Shown here: piece by piece, positions 48,071-56,567 of the stretch
How positions within the stretch are numbered: position 1 is the stretch's first letter
Layout of the letters: every line of letters begins with the position of its first letter
Virus record (IMG/VR): IMGVR_UViG_2690315628_000002
Coordinates: 1-64,000 of that record
Direction: 5' to 3' (one strand)
Length of the DNA: 64,000 nt
DNA from: a virus
Lineage: Duplodnaviria; Caudoviricetes
Translations under genes and position numbers: made by a program
Notes under the pieces: generated by a model
Told to the model about the DNA's origin: nothing
Seen by the model: only the letters and a program-made list of their open reading frames with translations
Database searches by the model: none

Positions 48071-48969
48071 TCCTCGGTTTCCTTTGCTTGGCTCGCGGTG
48101 GCATTGTCGATCGCATCCCTGAGCGATTTGCCGGTCCAAAAATGTTTACCGACGTGGACCAACCACTCGCGCGTCGCATCGTCTTGTGAAATTGAAACGG
48201 AAGTGTGCGTGCCGTTTTCAACGTAGCCACATAGATCGCGCAAGGCGTCCAGGCGAACCGTGTCTCCGAGAAGCGGCTTCGGTTTCTCACCGGCATCCAT
48301 GTGTTTCGCGGTGGCGCGCTTTTTCCCTTCCGCCTGCGCCTTGTCGATGGCACGCGTCAGATCGCCAGCGGCTTTCACACCGTCGCCGCCGTGTTTCTTC
48401 AACGTGGCCATGGCGAGCGTCGCAGCGACCTGACCTGCGGCCACCAGAGTGGTGACAGCAGCCGGCGCGGCCTGCAGTTCAAGAAGCTCGACGATCCACT
48501 GGCGAGCGAGACCGGTCTTCTGCTGGATATCTTTTTCCGTCCACCCGAGATCGATGAGACGCTTGAAGACGCGCGCCTGTTCGATGGGTGTCAGCGGCTT
48601 GCCGGAATTACGCACGATCTGGCTGAAAACGCGGTCCGCCTCGCTCGAATAACGATCTTCGGTCTGGACCGGAACGCTTTTGATTTCGGCTCCGAGGTGC
48701 TCGATCGCATACATCGTCGCACCGTGACGGCGATGACCGTCGGAGATGAACGCCTTACCATCTTCCGTATAGACGGTGAGTGCCTGCTTGACGCCGACCT
48801 GCGAGATGGATTCAGCGAGCGCCAAATCTTCCGCGTCGTCCGGATTGAAGTTGACGCTGCGGCAGTTCCAGTCGACCTTCACATGCAGGTCGCGCGGGTC
48901 CATGCGGTAGATGTCGGAGCGTCCAACGGCGAGCGATTTGATGACGCCCTGATTTGAAGTTGCAGTCAT
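48067..48969 (-). CDS. ParB/Srx-like N-terminal domain protein with HTH
   Basis: LAESI...GV.Q, SDGHRR, LTPIEQA, GWTEKDI..KTG. Confidence 0.75.
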   Translation of the reverse strand: MTATSNQGVIKSLAVGRSDIYRMDPRDLHVKVDWNCRSVNFNPDDAEDLALAESISQVGVKQALTVYTEDGKAFISDGHRRHGATMYAIEHLGAEIKSVPVQTEDRYSSEADRVFSQIVRNSGKPLTPIEQARVFKRLIDLGWTEKDIQQKTGLARQWIVELLELQAAPAAVTTLVAAGQVAATLAMATLKKHGGDGVKAAGDLTRAIDKAQAEGKKRATAKHMDAGEKPKPLLGDTVRLDALRDLCGYVENGTHTSVSISQDDATREWLVHVGKHFWTGKSLRDAIDNATASQAKETEE

Positions 48970-48978
48970 GGAATTTCC

Positions 48979-49257
48979 TCACACGAGCAGGTCGTCGAGA
49001 TCGACCGGCGTTGGTTTGACAGGCGGAGTGTCGATCAGGTCATCTAGGTCGACGATTGGTTTGGTGGAGGGCGGCGCGGTAGCGATCCGCCACGTAGCAC
49101 CGAAGTGTCTGACACCCCGGCCGTCCTCGACGAGCACATTGGTTTCGCCGTAGTGCTTGATGACCACACCGTCGATCGGCTCAAGTCCATAGGCGTTGCC
49201 GTATGTTACCTTCGTGCCGACGGGCCAGAGTACGTTGGGGCGATTTTCCGCTGCCAT
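48979..49257 (-). CDS. Hypothetical protein with two VDLDDL motifs
   Basis: SH3-like small domain plus Pro-rich tail; coupled start. Confidence 0.65.
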   Translation of the reverse strand: MAAENRPNVLWPVGTKVTYGNAYGLEPIDGVVIKHYGETNVLVEDGRGVRHFGATWRIATAPPSTKPIVDLDDLIDTPPVKPTPVDLDDLLV

Positions 49258-49352
49258 CACAGCATCCCTATGAGTAAAAGGATCCGCAGCGTGGAAAGCA
49301 GAAGGAACCATGCAGCGAGACCGAGGACCGACAAGATGAGAACTGTCCTCAT
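49257..49352 (-). CDS. Putative 31-aa hydrophobic peptide
   Basis: MRTVLILSVLGLAAWFLLLSTLRILLLIGML; start/stop overlaps on both sides. Confidence 0.45.
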   Translation of the reverse strand: MRTVLILSVLGLAAWFLLLSTLRILLLIGML

Positions 49353-49591
49353 CGCGCGTACCTCGACTGCTGATGCGCCCGTAAGCCGGTCTCTTCGACT
49401 AAACAGCGAATGGAGCCGTCGATGAAGCGTTCAAGTAGCTCGCCGCGGAACTCGGACAGAGGAGTGCCGGGCGCGAGTTCTTCCCGCATCGGGACGGCAG
49501 TTTCGTGTATCCACTGGCGGTAAGCGGGGCTGCGTCTGGAAGATATGGTATTATCTCGCGCACTGCGAGCGATGTCAGCTTCGGTCATCAT
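49349..49591 (-). CDS. Hypothetical protein
   Basis: Coupled ORF. Confidence 0.5.
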   Translation of the reverse strand: MMTEADIARSARDNTISSRRSPAYRQWIHETAVPMREELAPGTPLSEFRGELLERFIDGSIRCLVEETGLRAHQQSRYAR

Positions 49592-49914
49592 GCGTCACCG
49601 CCTTTGACCCGACCGATGCGGATTTCGCGATGATTGATCGAGCAGTGTGTAGGGTTCGGTGACTCGCCATACCACATCAAAAACCACCGTTTTGGTTGGC
49701 GGATAGGTCGCGATCCCGGTGCGCAGGGTCCAGGGTACGCACGCTTCCAGCATTTACCGGGATAGACACCGCTCGGACTGGTGGCGGAGTATTCAGGCAA
49801 ACCCTCGAATTGCCGGCGCGTCAACAAAACGTGCGTCGCGTTCATCGGTGCTTCGCGAATGTCTCGTGGCTGCTTCCAGTGTTTCCCCATCGGGTCGATC
49901 ATTGCAGGTATCAT
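49588..49914 (-). CDS. Hypothetical phage protein
   Basis: LPEYSATSPSGVYPGKCWKR; coupled. Confidence 0.6.
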   Translation of the reverse strand: MIPAMIDPMGKHWKQPRDIREAPMNATHVLLTRRQFEGLPEYSATSPSGVYPGKCWKRAYPGPCAPGSRPIRQPKRWFLMWYGESPNPTHCSINHREIRIGRVKGGDA

Positions 49915-50483
49915 CACGCGCCACCTTCCCCGGGCTTGTCCCACAGGGGCAAGAAATCACGATCGAGCGCGCACTTGGTGAAGCGAAGCAGTTGTTCCTG
50001 CGTGAAAGCGTAAACCGTCGCGTCATCGTTGATCGACTGGGCGCCGGCCTGCAACGCGGCCTCAAGCAGGTATCCGTCCCCATCAGATGCGATGGGCGAC
50101 GCTTCGTATTTCAGAAGCTCAGGAATGGGACCCGGATCGACGTTGTCTCTCACCAGCTCCTGCGCGAATTTCGCTTGCGCGGTCCAACGTTCTGCGCCAT
50201 CTGGTACTGTCATTTCACCGTATCCGGTCCAGTTCGCTTCGTTCTGGTGGCACCAGTCTTCCAGGTCGGATAGCGCCTGCAACGCCCGCTTCATCAAAGC
50301 GCCTCGATCCATGAACGGCGAGAAATCGCCACCAGTGAGATCAGGATCAGTTGATTGTTCGAGGCCTGCGTCGCGTGCCAGAACCCGCACAATCGCACAT
50401 GTCTCAGTGGCATTTCTCACGGGCACGTTGAGTGCTTTCAAAATCACATTGACGGTCCGAGCGTCCAGCAAAGTCTCAGTCAT
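49914..50483 (-). CDS. Hypothetical protein
   Basis: AGGAG RBS; first gene after promoter. Confidence 0.65.
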   Translation of the reverse strand: MTETLLDARTVNVILKALNVPVRNATETCAIVRVLARDAGLEQSTDPDLTGGDFSPFMDRGALMKRALQALSDLEDWCHQNEANWTGYGEMTVPDGAERWTAQAKFAQELVRDNVDPGPIPELLKYEASPIASDGDGYLLEAALQAGAQSINDDATVYAFTQEQLLRFTKCALDRDFLPLWDKPGEGGA

Positions 50484-50506
50484 GTTCCAGGTCTCCTAGA
50501 CATAAT

Positions 50507-50561
50507 TACACGATAAAAGTGAAATTCAATCAGGTCAACAAAAATACTCACTAAAAGTGAA
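50507..50561 (-). promoter_or_regulatory. Leftward promoter flanked by two operator-like sites
   Basis: TTGACC-17-TATCGT on minus strand; TACACGATAAAAGTGAA and TACTCACTAAAAGTGAA. Confidence 0.6.
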
Positions 50562-50563
50562 AT

Positions 50564-50776
50564 TTAGTTGCTGGAACTGATCCGTTTCGGCTTTCTGACC
50601 TGGCACGCTGGCAGTCTTTCGAACTGCGTGTTCCAACCGTAACCGTTCTTCGGGTCCGCGATGAATTTCGACATGGTGGATTTGGCTGCATAAAGGCTTG
50701 GGGCTATCACTTCGAACGTCTTTCGACTGCGACCGACAGCGAACCAAAACTGTTTCTGTGGGCTCATCCGAGGCAC
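50564..50776 (-). CDS. Hypothetical protein
   Basis: Small basic ORF; start uncertain. Confidence 0.4.
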   Translation of the reverse strand: MPRMSPQKQFWFAVGRSRKTFEVIAPSLYAAKSTMSKFIADPKNGYGWNTQFERLPACQVRKPKRISSSN

Positions 50777-50779
50777 CTC

Positions 50780-50814
50780 TTGACTGTCACATTAAACGTG
50801 AACAAAATAAGAAC
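50780..50814 (+). promoter_or_regulatory. Promoter carrying both a phage operator-like site and a LexA box
   Basis: TTGACT-GTCACATTAAACGTGAA-CAAAAT; GAACAAAATAAGAAC abuts ATG 50815. Confidence 0.75.
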
Positions 50815-51102
50815 ATGAAACACCGTCGCGGCATAAACCTTGTTCCGGATTCCTTTCGAGTGATCTACGAAGGGACGGTGAGTCGCGATCTGTATCCGAC
50901 GCTGAACGCATATCCCGAATGGTACGTATTCGGCGGACGATGTTCCCGCTGCGAACGGGAAGGGTGGCTGGATCGCCAGCAACTAACCCGACGCTTTGGC
51001 ACGAACGTCTTTCTCAACCAGTTGCGCCCCAAGTTGCGATGCCTGAAATGCGGTAACAAAGGAAACAACAACTGGATTATTGGGAAGATGGGCAGGGATT
51101 AG
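50815..51102 (+). CDS. Small Zn-ribbon protein, probably SOS-regulated
   Basis: CSRC...LRCLKCG; behind SOS box. Confidence 0.7.
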   Translation: MKHRRGINLVPDSFRVIYEGTVSRDLYPTLNAYPEWYVFGGRCSRCEREGWLDRQQLTRRFGTNVFLNQLRPKLRCLKCGNKGNNNWIIGKMGRD

Positions 51103-51336
51103 TCACCGATCAGTGACGCGCGCCATCAGCTCGGGCAGAATGATGTGCCACATGGTGGCGTCATAGACCGGTTCACCTGGTGCGAATTGCATCGGCGCCA
51201 TATGCGACATGTAGAATTTCGCCGTCGCAATCAGGTTCTCGTTCGACAACGCCTGCATCTCGCCGCGTTTCCTACGTGACCAATCTTCGTACTGTTGTGC
51301 TCGTGCCTGCGCTTCAGGCGTCAGTTTAAAGGTCAT
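51103..51336 (-). CDS. Hypothetical protein
   Basis: Small ORF in leftward run. Confidence 0.55.
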   Translation of the reverse strand: MTFKLTPEAQARAQQYEDWSRRKRGEMQALSNENLIATAKFYMSHMAPMQFAPGEPVYDATMWHIILPELMARVTDR

Positions 51337-51475
51337 AGAGTGTCTTCCGTTCGAAAGCGTCGCCCAGCAAGGAGCCCGCAAAGTAGGGCCAGACGAGCGA
51401 CTTCCAGAACCCGTGTTTGTCTGCGAAGCCATCAGCGATGCCGGCGTAAATGGCGCAAAGAACAATTGAGGTCAT
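51326..51475 (-). CDS. Small membrane-like hypothetical protein
   Basis: AGGAG RBS; ATGA overlap. Confidence 0.45.
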   Translation of the reverse strand: MTSIVLCAIYAGIADGFADKHGFWKSLVWPYFAGSLLGDAFERKTLYDL

Positions 51476-52197
51476 TCCCCGCTCCTGATGTTTGTGTGTT
51501 TGTGGAGGATGCGTTCCTCCTGCTTTGCGGGTGCTGCGGCGAGCATGACGTGGTAGTACATTTTTGCGCGGGCCTGGACGCGAGACCGCATCGCCTCGCT
51601 TTCGCCTGTCTGGCCCCAATATGCGTCAAGCATTTCCTCGGTCGGTCGGACCGGCACAAGCTGCCACCCCGCCACGTCCTGCACCTGTGCGGAGAGGGCA
51701 GAGCGTATGCGGGCCTCGTAGTCGGCTTGGGCGGCGGCTTTGGCTTCTTCGAGGCTTTCGGTCATCGGTAGGTGAACTGCTTTACCATCAATATGATGGA
51801 CGCAGCCCCAGCAACCGGCTTTTACTCTGCTTACACCATACCAGTGCCCGAATGCGCCGGTTCCGTAATGCATCCGACCGTGACTGAAGCCTTCGTTATG
51901 AGCCTTCCACTCCAAAGCCTTCACAGCCACGGATGGCGCGGGAGGGGCGACGTAGAATTTTGTGCCGATAGGCAAGTGATCCGCCGATCCGGGAGGGTGC
52001 GGCATCAATACGCGCATCCCGCCAGCACCCATTTCGGCCACGGTCGCCACCGGCTCCGCAGCGGACAGGGCGGCTTCACGTTCCGCCATGATGGCGCGGG
52101 CGATGAAAGGAGCCATAGCAAGCATCGGCGCTTTCATCATCTCTACGACAACTGCATTGGCAGACTGCATCACGTCGTCGGGGATTTCACTCTGCAT
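51472..52197 (-). CDS. Hypothetical mosaic phage protein
   Basis: EEAKAAAQADYEARIRSAL and LVPVRPTEEML modules typical of phage accessory ORFs. Confidence 0.65.
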   Translation of the reverse strand: MQSEIPDDVMQSANAVVVEMMKAPMLAMAPFIARAIMAEREAALSAAEPVATVAEMGAGGMRVLMPHPPGSADHLPIGTKFYVAPPAPSVAVKALEWKAHNEGFSHGRMHYGTGAFGHWYGVSRVKAGCWGCVHHIDGKAVHLPMTESLEEAKAAAQADYEARIRSALSAQVQDVAGWQLVPVRPTEEMLDAYWGQTGESEAMRSRVQARAKMYYHVMLAAAPAKQEERILHKHTNIRSGE

Positions 52198-52693
52198 TTT
52201 CTTCCCTCTGCCAAAGAACGTTGCCTACCAGGTCTTCGATCGACGTAAGGTGGTCGTTCAGCTTGCCGTGGTCCTCGGGCTTGCATTTGTCGGTCGGCTG
52301 GATCGGATAAACTCCACCATCAACCGTTCTCATGATCCAGACGGTTGGGAGGAGCGAGGCGAGGGGTTCAAAGCGGCCGTCCTCAAACTCCTCGCGCGGA
52401 CGAACCCACAGGGAACCGTCGTCGATCGAGCGGTAGATCGCGACCTCGCGCATGTCAGTAGATGCGCCGGTATCGTATTCAAACCACTTCTCCGCCTGCA
52501 TCTTGCCGACGCCGAGCAGTTCGTATTCTGTGCCGCGTTTCTTGTGGCGATGCGTTGGCGTCGGCGCAGTCGCAGCGCCGTGCTTCATCACCAGGTCGAT
52601 GATGTCGTTCTTGTCCGCTTCGACGAAATGGCCATTGAACCATCCGGCGAAAAGGTCATCCACGTCTTTCGAAATTTCGTCTCTGTTTGTCAT
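52187..52693 (-). CDS. Hypothetical protein (DUF1653-like segment)
   Basis: HKKRGTEY...IYRS...LWVRPREEF. Confidence 0.6.
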   Translation of the reverse strand: MTNRDEISKDVDDLFAGWFNGHFVEADKNDIIDLVMKHGAATAPTPTHRHKKRGTEYELLGVGKMQAEKWFEYDTGASTDMREVAIYRSIDDGSLWVRPREEFEDGRFEPLASLLPTVWIMRTVDGGVYPIQPTDKCKPEDHGKLNDHLTSIEDLVGNVLWQREENAE

Positions 52694-52922
52694 AGTCCAC
52701 CATGAATCCTGATTGATGTTTCTTGCTGCTCTCGATCGACCACGCCGGCGCCCAAAAGCCGCCCTCGGCCTTCACCAGCGCCTTCTTCGGGATCCAGACC
52801 TCGTGGCCGTAATACTGAAAAAGGTAGGCCCGGTGCGTCTCGTGCAGACACTGGCCGAGCCCGCGATAGCCTGACGGCACCTCGTCGAGTTCCTTCGCCC
52901 TCACCTGTGAATCGGGGATCAT
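52656..52922 (-). CDS. Hypothetical protein
   Basis: GGAGGT RBS; HETHRAYL...VWIPK. Confidence 0.55.
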   Translation of the reverse strand: MIPDSQVRAKELDEVPSGYRGLGQCLHETHRAYLFQYYGHEVWIPKKALVKAEGGFWAPAWSIESSKKHQSGFMVDYDKQRRNFERRG

Positions 52923-53093
52923 TTCAACCTCCGCGAACCTGTTGGGAAACCGGCATCTCTGACCTGCCGGAAACCGAAGAGGCTCAGCTTGCTTTCCAGC
53001 GCTCGAAACGACGACCGCCGTAAAAGAGGACACAACTCCAGCAGAAGCCGAGGATCAGATCGGGAAGATTGTTGAGGATGGCGATAACCACGG

Positions 53094-53960
53094 TCAGCTC
53101 CCGAAGTTGGAGACGATCCCGCCGCGGGCCTTCATCACCGCGCGGATGAATGTCTTCAGTTCGGCCTGGTCCGCGACAGCGTCCTTATTGACGTAAACCT
53201 TCGCCAGCCACGTCAGCGTCGACTTGCTCGAGAACCAGCCCTGCAGGCTCTTCTTGTAGGTGTCACTCGGGATTTCCGCGTAGGAGTAGAGTGGCTTGCC
53301 CTGCGGATCGACGGCATCGTCAAAATCACGGTCGTTGACACCGACCAGTGACAGGCCATCGCCGTAGAACTCGTCGGCCGAACGAACCAGTGTGTTACCG
53401 AGCGCTGCCGGCACGAGCATGCAGGTCGTTTGCTCGTTGCTCACCGAGGATAGTGCAATGTCACCGGACTCGTCAGTCTGACGGACCGGAGCATAATCAG
53501 CGTCTTCGGAGATGAAGTTCTGCCAGATGAGCCAAGCACCCGACCCGCGTTCGCCGAGTGCGATCGAATACTTCTTCGCGTCGCTCTCGAGATCACCGAT
53601 GTCGTCGACGCCGGATTTGCTGCCGCAGAGCGCATGCAGATATTCGCGATGCAGATCGGCAACCGGGACGAACTTGGCAGCGTTAGCCGGCTCGGTGCGC
53701 TTGAGGTACGCCAGACCATCGGGCTGCCCGACGAACGCATCGCATTTGCCCTGAAGGCTGAGCTGGATATTGCCCCAGGTGCCGCCCGTGTCCTTGACAA
53801 CGTCAACGATCAGGCCAGCTCCTTTCGCTTCTGCGCGGATCATTTCCCCGGCTGCTGCATAGGGCTGGTCTGCGGCACCTGTGCAAAGTGTGAGAGCCGC
53901 TGCGGGGCTGCTGAACATGCAAGCGAGCGCAAGCGCCGCTCCGATGAAGAGCTTCTTCAT
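53094..53960 (-). CDS. Exported TAXI-type solute-binding-like protein
   Basis: Signal peptide; TG....Y, TGGTWGNI, Q.D, LHREYLH, G..GSG motifs. Confidence 0.7.
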   Translation of the reverse strand: MKKLFIGAALALACMFSSPAAALTLCTGAADQPYAAAGEMIRAEAKGAGLIVDVVKDTGGTWGNIQLSLQGKCDAFVGQPDGLAYLKRTEPANAAKFVPVADLHREYLHALCGSKSGVDDIGDLESDAKKYSIALGERGSGAWLIWQNFISEDADYAPVRQTDESGDIALSSVSNEQTTCMLVPAALGNTLVRSADEFYGDGLSLVGVNDRDFDDAVDPQGKPLYSYAEIPSDTYKKSLQGWFSSKSTLTWLAKVYVNKDAVADQAELKTFIRAVMKARGGIVSNFGS

Positions 53961-53995
53961 GTTGTCTCCTGTTAGGTTGGTGTGTTGAGGGGAAT

Positions 53996-54406
53996 TCATC
54001 GCGTGCTCCGCACTGGACGGAGATTGCGGCCGACTGCCTCGCGCTTGGCGGGGTAGCTGCGGATGGAATGACGAATGGTCGTATGATCCCGCCCACCGAG
54101 GTACATGCCGATCTCGGCGAGGCTCGACGTGGTTCTACGCACCATCCAGTAGCAGCAGGCCTGTCGCACCAGGACGACATGCTTCTGCATACGGTCGCTC
54201 GTGATCGTTTCAGCCGAAAGACCGGTGCGCTTGCAGAATAGTGCGAGGATCCGTTCCTTGGTCGTCATCAGGCGAGTGGGTTCGACGATGAGCAGCGTCT
54301 TCGGCTTGCTGGCGATGTTGATGACCTTCGGTGCGCCGTAGATGCGCCGACGGACGGCGGCATAGCGCGCCAGTAGTTCCTCCGCTGTCTTGGGTTCAGG
54401 CTTCAT
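53996..54406 (-). CDS. Stand-alone DnaA C-terminal (domain IV) HTH protein
   Basis: RQ...Y...R.T.SSLAEIG..LGGRDHTTI.H DnaA signature. Confidence 0.85.
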   Translation of the reverse strand: MKPEPKTAEELLARYAAVRRRIYGAPKVINIASKPKTLLIVEPTRLMTTKERILALFCKRTGLSAETITSDRMQKHVVLVRQACCYWMVRRTTSSLAEIGMYLGGRDHTTIRHSIRSYPAKREAVGRNLRPVRSTR

Positions 54407-54691
54407 AGCAGGCCTGCCAAGGAAGCGACTGAGGCTACGGTCAAGGTGAGGAGTAAAGTCACGGTGCTGCTGATAGCAGCGCTCATGTGCTCAACCGCAC
54501 CACGGTGACGATCGAAAGAGACGGATGCGCGTTGAAAAAATAACCGCGCATCGCGGACATCATGTTTCAAGCTCATCACCGATCCCCTTCGAAGTGGCCG
54601 GCAAGTACGCTGACGAGGAAAGCGGTCAGAGCACTGGTCGCGAAAATGTATAGAAGCATGCTCATTCCAAATTCCTCTTAAAAGTTGAAAT

Positions 54692-54916
54692 TTAGGACGC
54701 GAAAACTTTGGTTTGGCGGGCGCGCTTCCGATCGCCGCGGGTCATTCCCTGCGCGTCGACCTTCGGAACTTTCTTCGGAGTCCGAAACCCTCTGCCGCCA
54801 GTCAAAGCCGCGAAGTGGGTTAACCTACGCTGGATCGCCATGGTGTCACGCAACGGAGCACCGAGCGAGGTTTCAAGAGCGGCTTGATCTCCAACGATCT
54901 TGTCAAAAATGTTCAT
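54692..54916 (-). CDS. Hypothetical basic protein
   Basis: AAAGGAG RBS; first gene after a promoter-like TTGACT at about 54979. Confidence 0.6.
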   Translation of the reverse strand: MNIFDKIVGDQAALETSLGAPLRDTMAIQRRLTHFAALTGGRGFRTPKKVPKVDAQGMTRGDRKRARQTKVFAS

Positions 54917-55180
54917 TGTCACTTCTCCTTTGAGTTTCACGTTTAATGAGCAATATTGCACGAATTAAACGCAAGTCAACTGAGAAGTGAAATTTATTGA
55001 GATTTCTTCGGGATGGTTACCACGGCAGGTAATCACGTGTGCATGGTCGTCCAAAAACAATTTCAAAGTGAAAAAATTTGCGATCGATGGAGCATTTCAG
55101 GTTGCAGTGCTTTATTAACATGCTATCTGCATTATATAAATAATCGTGGAACGTGCTGCTAATAAACTAAGGGGTGTGAA

Positions 55181-55411
55181 ATGGCCGTTTTGACTTGGCG
55201 TAAATTGCTGACAATCTCCGCGCTTATCAAAGCCGGCGTTGCAGGCGCTGGTCTGATGCTGGCTGTTTTTGGCGCGTTCGATTTCGCTGCTGCCATATTT
55301 GTCCAAGATTGGATTGCTGAGCAGAAAGCCCTGCTGTCGATCGACATGGCTGCATCGCTCGGCGCGGCTGCCGGCGTGACGTGGAGACTCTTCAACATCG
55401 TTGCCTCCTGA
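55181..55411 (+). CDS. Small membrane protein (moron)
   Basis: Two hydrophobic segments; AT-rich upstream region. Confidence 0.45.
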   Translation: MAVLTWRKLLTISALIKAGVAGAGLMLAVFGAFDFAAAIFVQDWIAEQKALLSIDMAASLGAAAGVTWRLFNIVAS

Positions 55412-55425
55412 ATTCGTCGCAGCCA

Positions 55426-55800
55426 ATGGAAACGCTGCCGCCTTCCAGTTCCGTCGAGCCCGTGGAAACCCTCTATTACATCCTCCAATGTGCGTTCAAT
55501 CCGAGCGATGCGGCGGCTATCAAGATTTTCTATTTCGTTTGGATCGGCGGCTACTGTCTGATTCATATCCTTTGGGATGCGTCGAGCAAACACACGCCAG
55601 CCTTCGAGTTCGGCAATCTCACCAAATACGCTCCTACGATTTACAATGCTACGACGTTGACCAGTAGCGTGCTTGTTCTCATCGCAATCTTCAACGAGCA
55701 CGTCAGAAACTATAACAACGATTTCGTTGTGCATTACATTCTGGCTGGGCTCCCTGGTATTTTGGTATCGGCAGCTCAACTTAAGCCCAAAGCAGAGTGA
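55426..55800 (+). CDS. Membrane protein (moron)
   Basis: About three hydrophobic segments. Confidence 0.55.
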   Translation: METLPPSSSVEPVETLYYILQCAFNPSDAAAIKIFYFVWIGGYCLIHILWDASSKHTPAFEFGNLTKYAPTIYNATTLTSSVLVLIAIFNEHVRNYNNDFVVHYILAGLPGILVSAAQLKPKAE

Positions 55801-55819
55801 CCATTATCCCCGATACACC

Positions 55820-56218
55820 TCAAAGCAAGCCAAGTGTGTAATCGCAGTTGCCCGTTTTACCCTGCCACGCTCCAAAACCGTTAACCCGGTAGATTTCCAC
55901 CGCTCCAGAGCGAGTGTCGTAGGAAAATGGCGCGTAGCCAGTGTAGCCGCCGAGCGAGTTCTTCGCATTCACAAAGCCGCAAACGTAGCTCGCCGCGTCA
56001 CGATCCTCGCTGGCGTATCCGCGATGCCGGCCGCGCTGGAAATCCTTGAACTGGGCGGAATCCGGATCCTTTAGAACGCCTTTGACAGCCTGTTTGATTT
56101 GTTCTTCCTGTTTCCGGTCTATTTCAGCCGCGTAGGCTGTCACGTTCAACGCCAGAAGAATGACCAAAGTGCTGCGCAAAAACATCCTCGCCCCCACAAC
56201 CACGGATTTAGCGCACAA
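55820..56218 (-). CDS. Exported hypothetical protein
   Basis: Signal peptide; LKDPDSAQF...VCGFVNAKNSLGGYTG. Confidence 0.7.
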   Translation of the reverse strand: MCAKSVVVGARMFLRSTLVILLALNVTAYAAEIDRKQEEQIKQAVKGVLKDPDSAQFKDFQRGRHRGYASEDRDAASYVCGFVNAKNSLGGYTGYAPFSYDTRSGAVEIYRVNGFGAWQGKTGNCDYTLGLL

Positions 56219-56251
56219 ACTATTCGATTTGACCGACTGTCGAAAGCTCTA

Positions 56252-56323
56252 TTTCTCCGAGGTGTAGATTTCTCCGAGGGCAGACTCTGTCGAGATTTCT
56301 CCGGGGTCTGATTTTCTCCGAGG
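56252..56323. repeat. Four direct repeats TTTCTCCG(A/G)GG
   Basis: Copies at 56252, 56269, 56296, 56313. Confidence 0.85.
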
Positions 56324-56420
56324 GGCGGGTCCGCAGGGGTCAGCTACAGGGGCTGTAAAACTCGTGATATTGACGCTGTTTTTGCGTTGATATGTAATAA
56401 CATAACGTGCATGCCGTTTC

Positions 56421-56516
56421 GGCAGCAGGGCAGCAGGGCAGCAGGGCAGCAGGGCAGCAGGGCAGCAGGGCAGCAGGGCAGCAGGGCAGCAGGGCAGCAG
56501 GGCAGCAGGGCAGCAG
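56421..56516. repeat. Perfect tandem repeat (GGCAGCAG)x12
   Basis: Counted directly. Confidence 0.97.
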
Positions 56517-56521
56517 GCAAC

Positions 56522-56545
56522 AAAAAACCCGCCACAACGGGCGGG
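56522..56545 (-). terminator. Intrinsic terminator of the leftward cos-proximal operon
   Basis: AAAAAA-CCCGCC-ACAACG-GGCGGG on the plus strand. Confidence 0.75.
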
Positions 56546-56567
56546 CTGAAGGCGGGAAGGGTTCGGT

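Noticed and set aside
12899-52693. Weaker tag-like strings (TerL TIDELI, ORF 20186 VDLDND, ORF 52187 VDDLF/IEDLV)
   Set aside because: Too degenerate to count as copies of the DLxDLL motif without statistics.
56421-56516. KOPS (GGGNAGGG) array
   Set aside because: The repeat gives GGGCAGCAGGG, which does not match GGGNAGGG.
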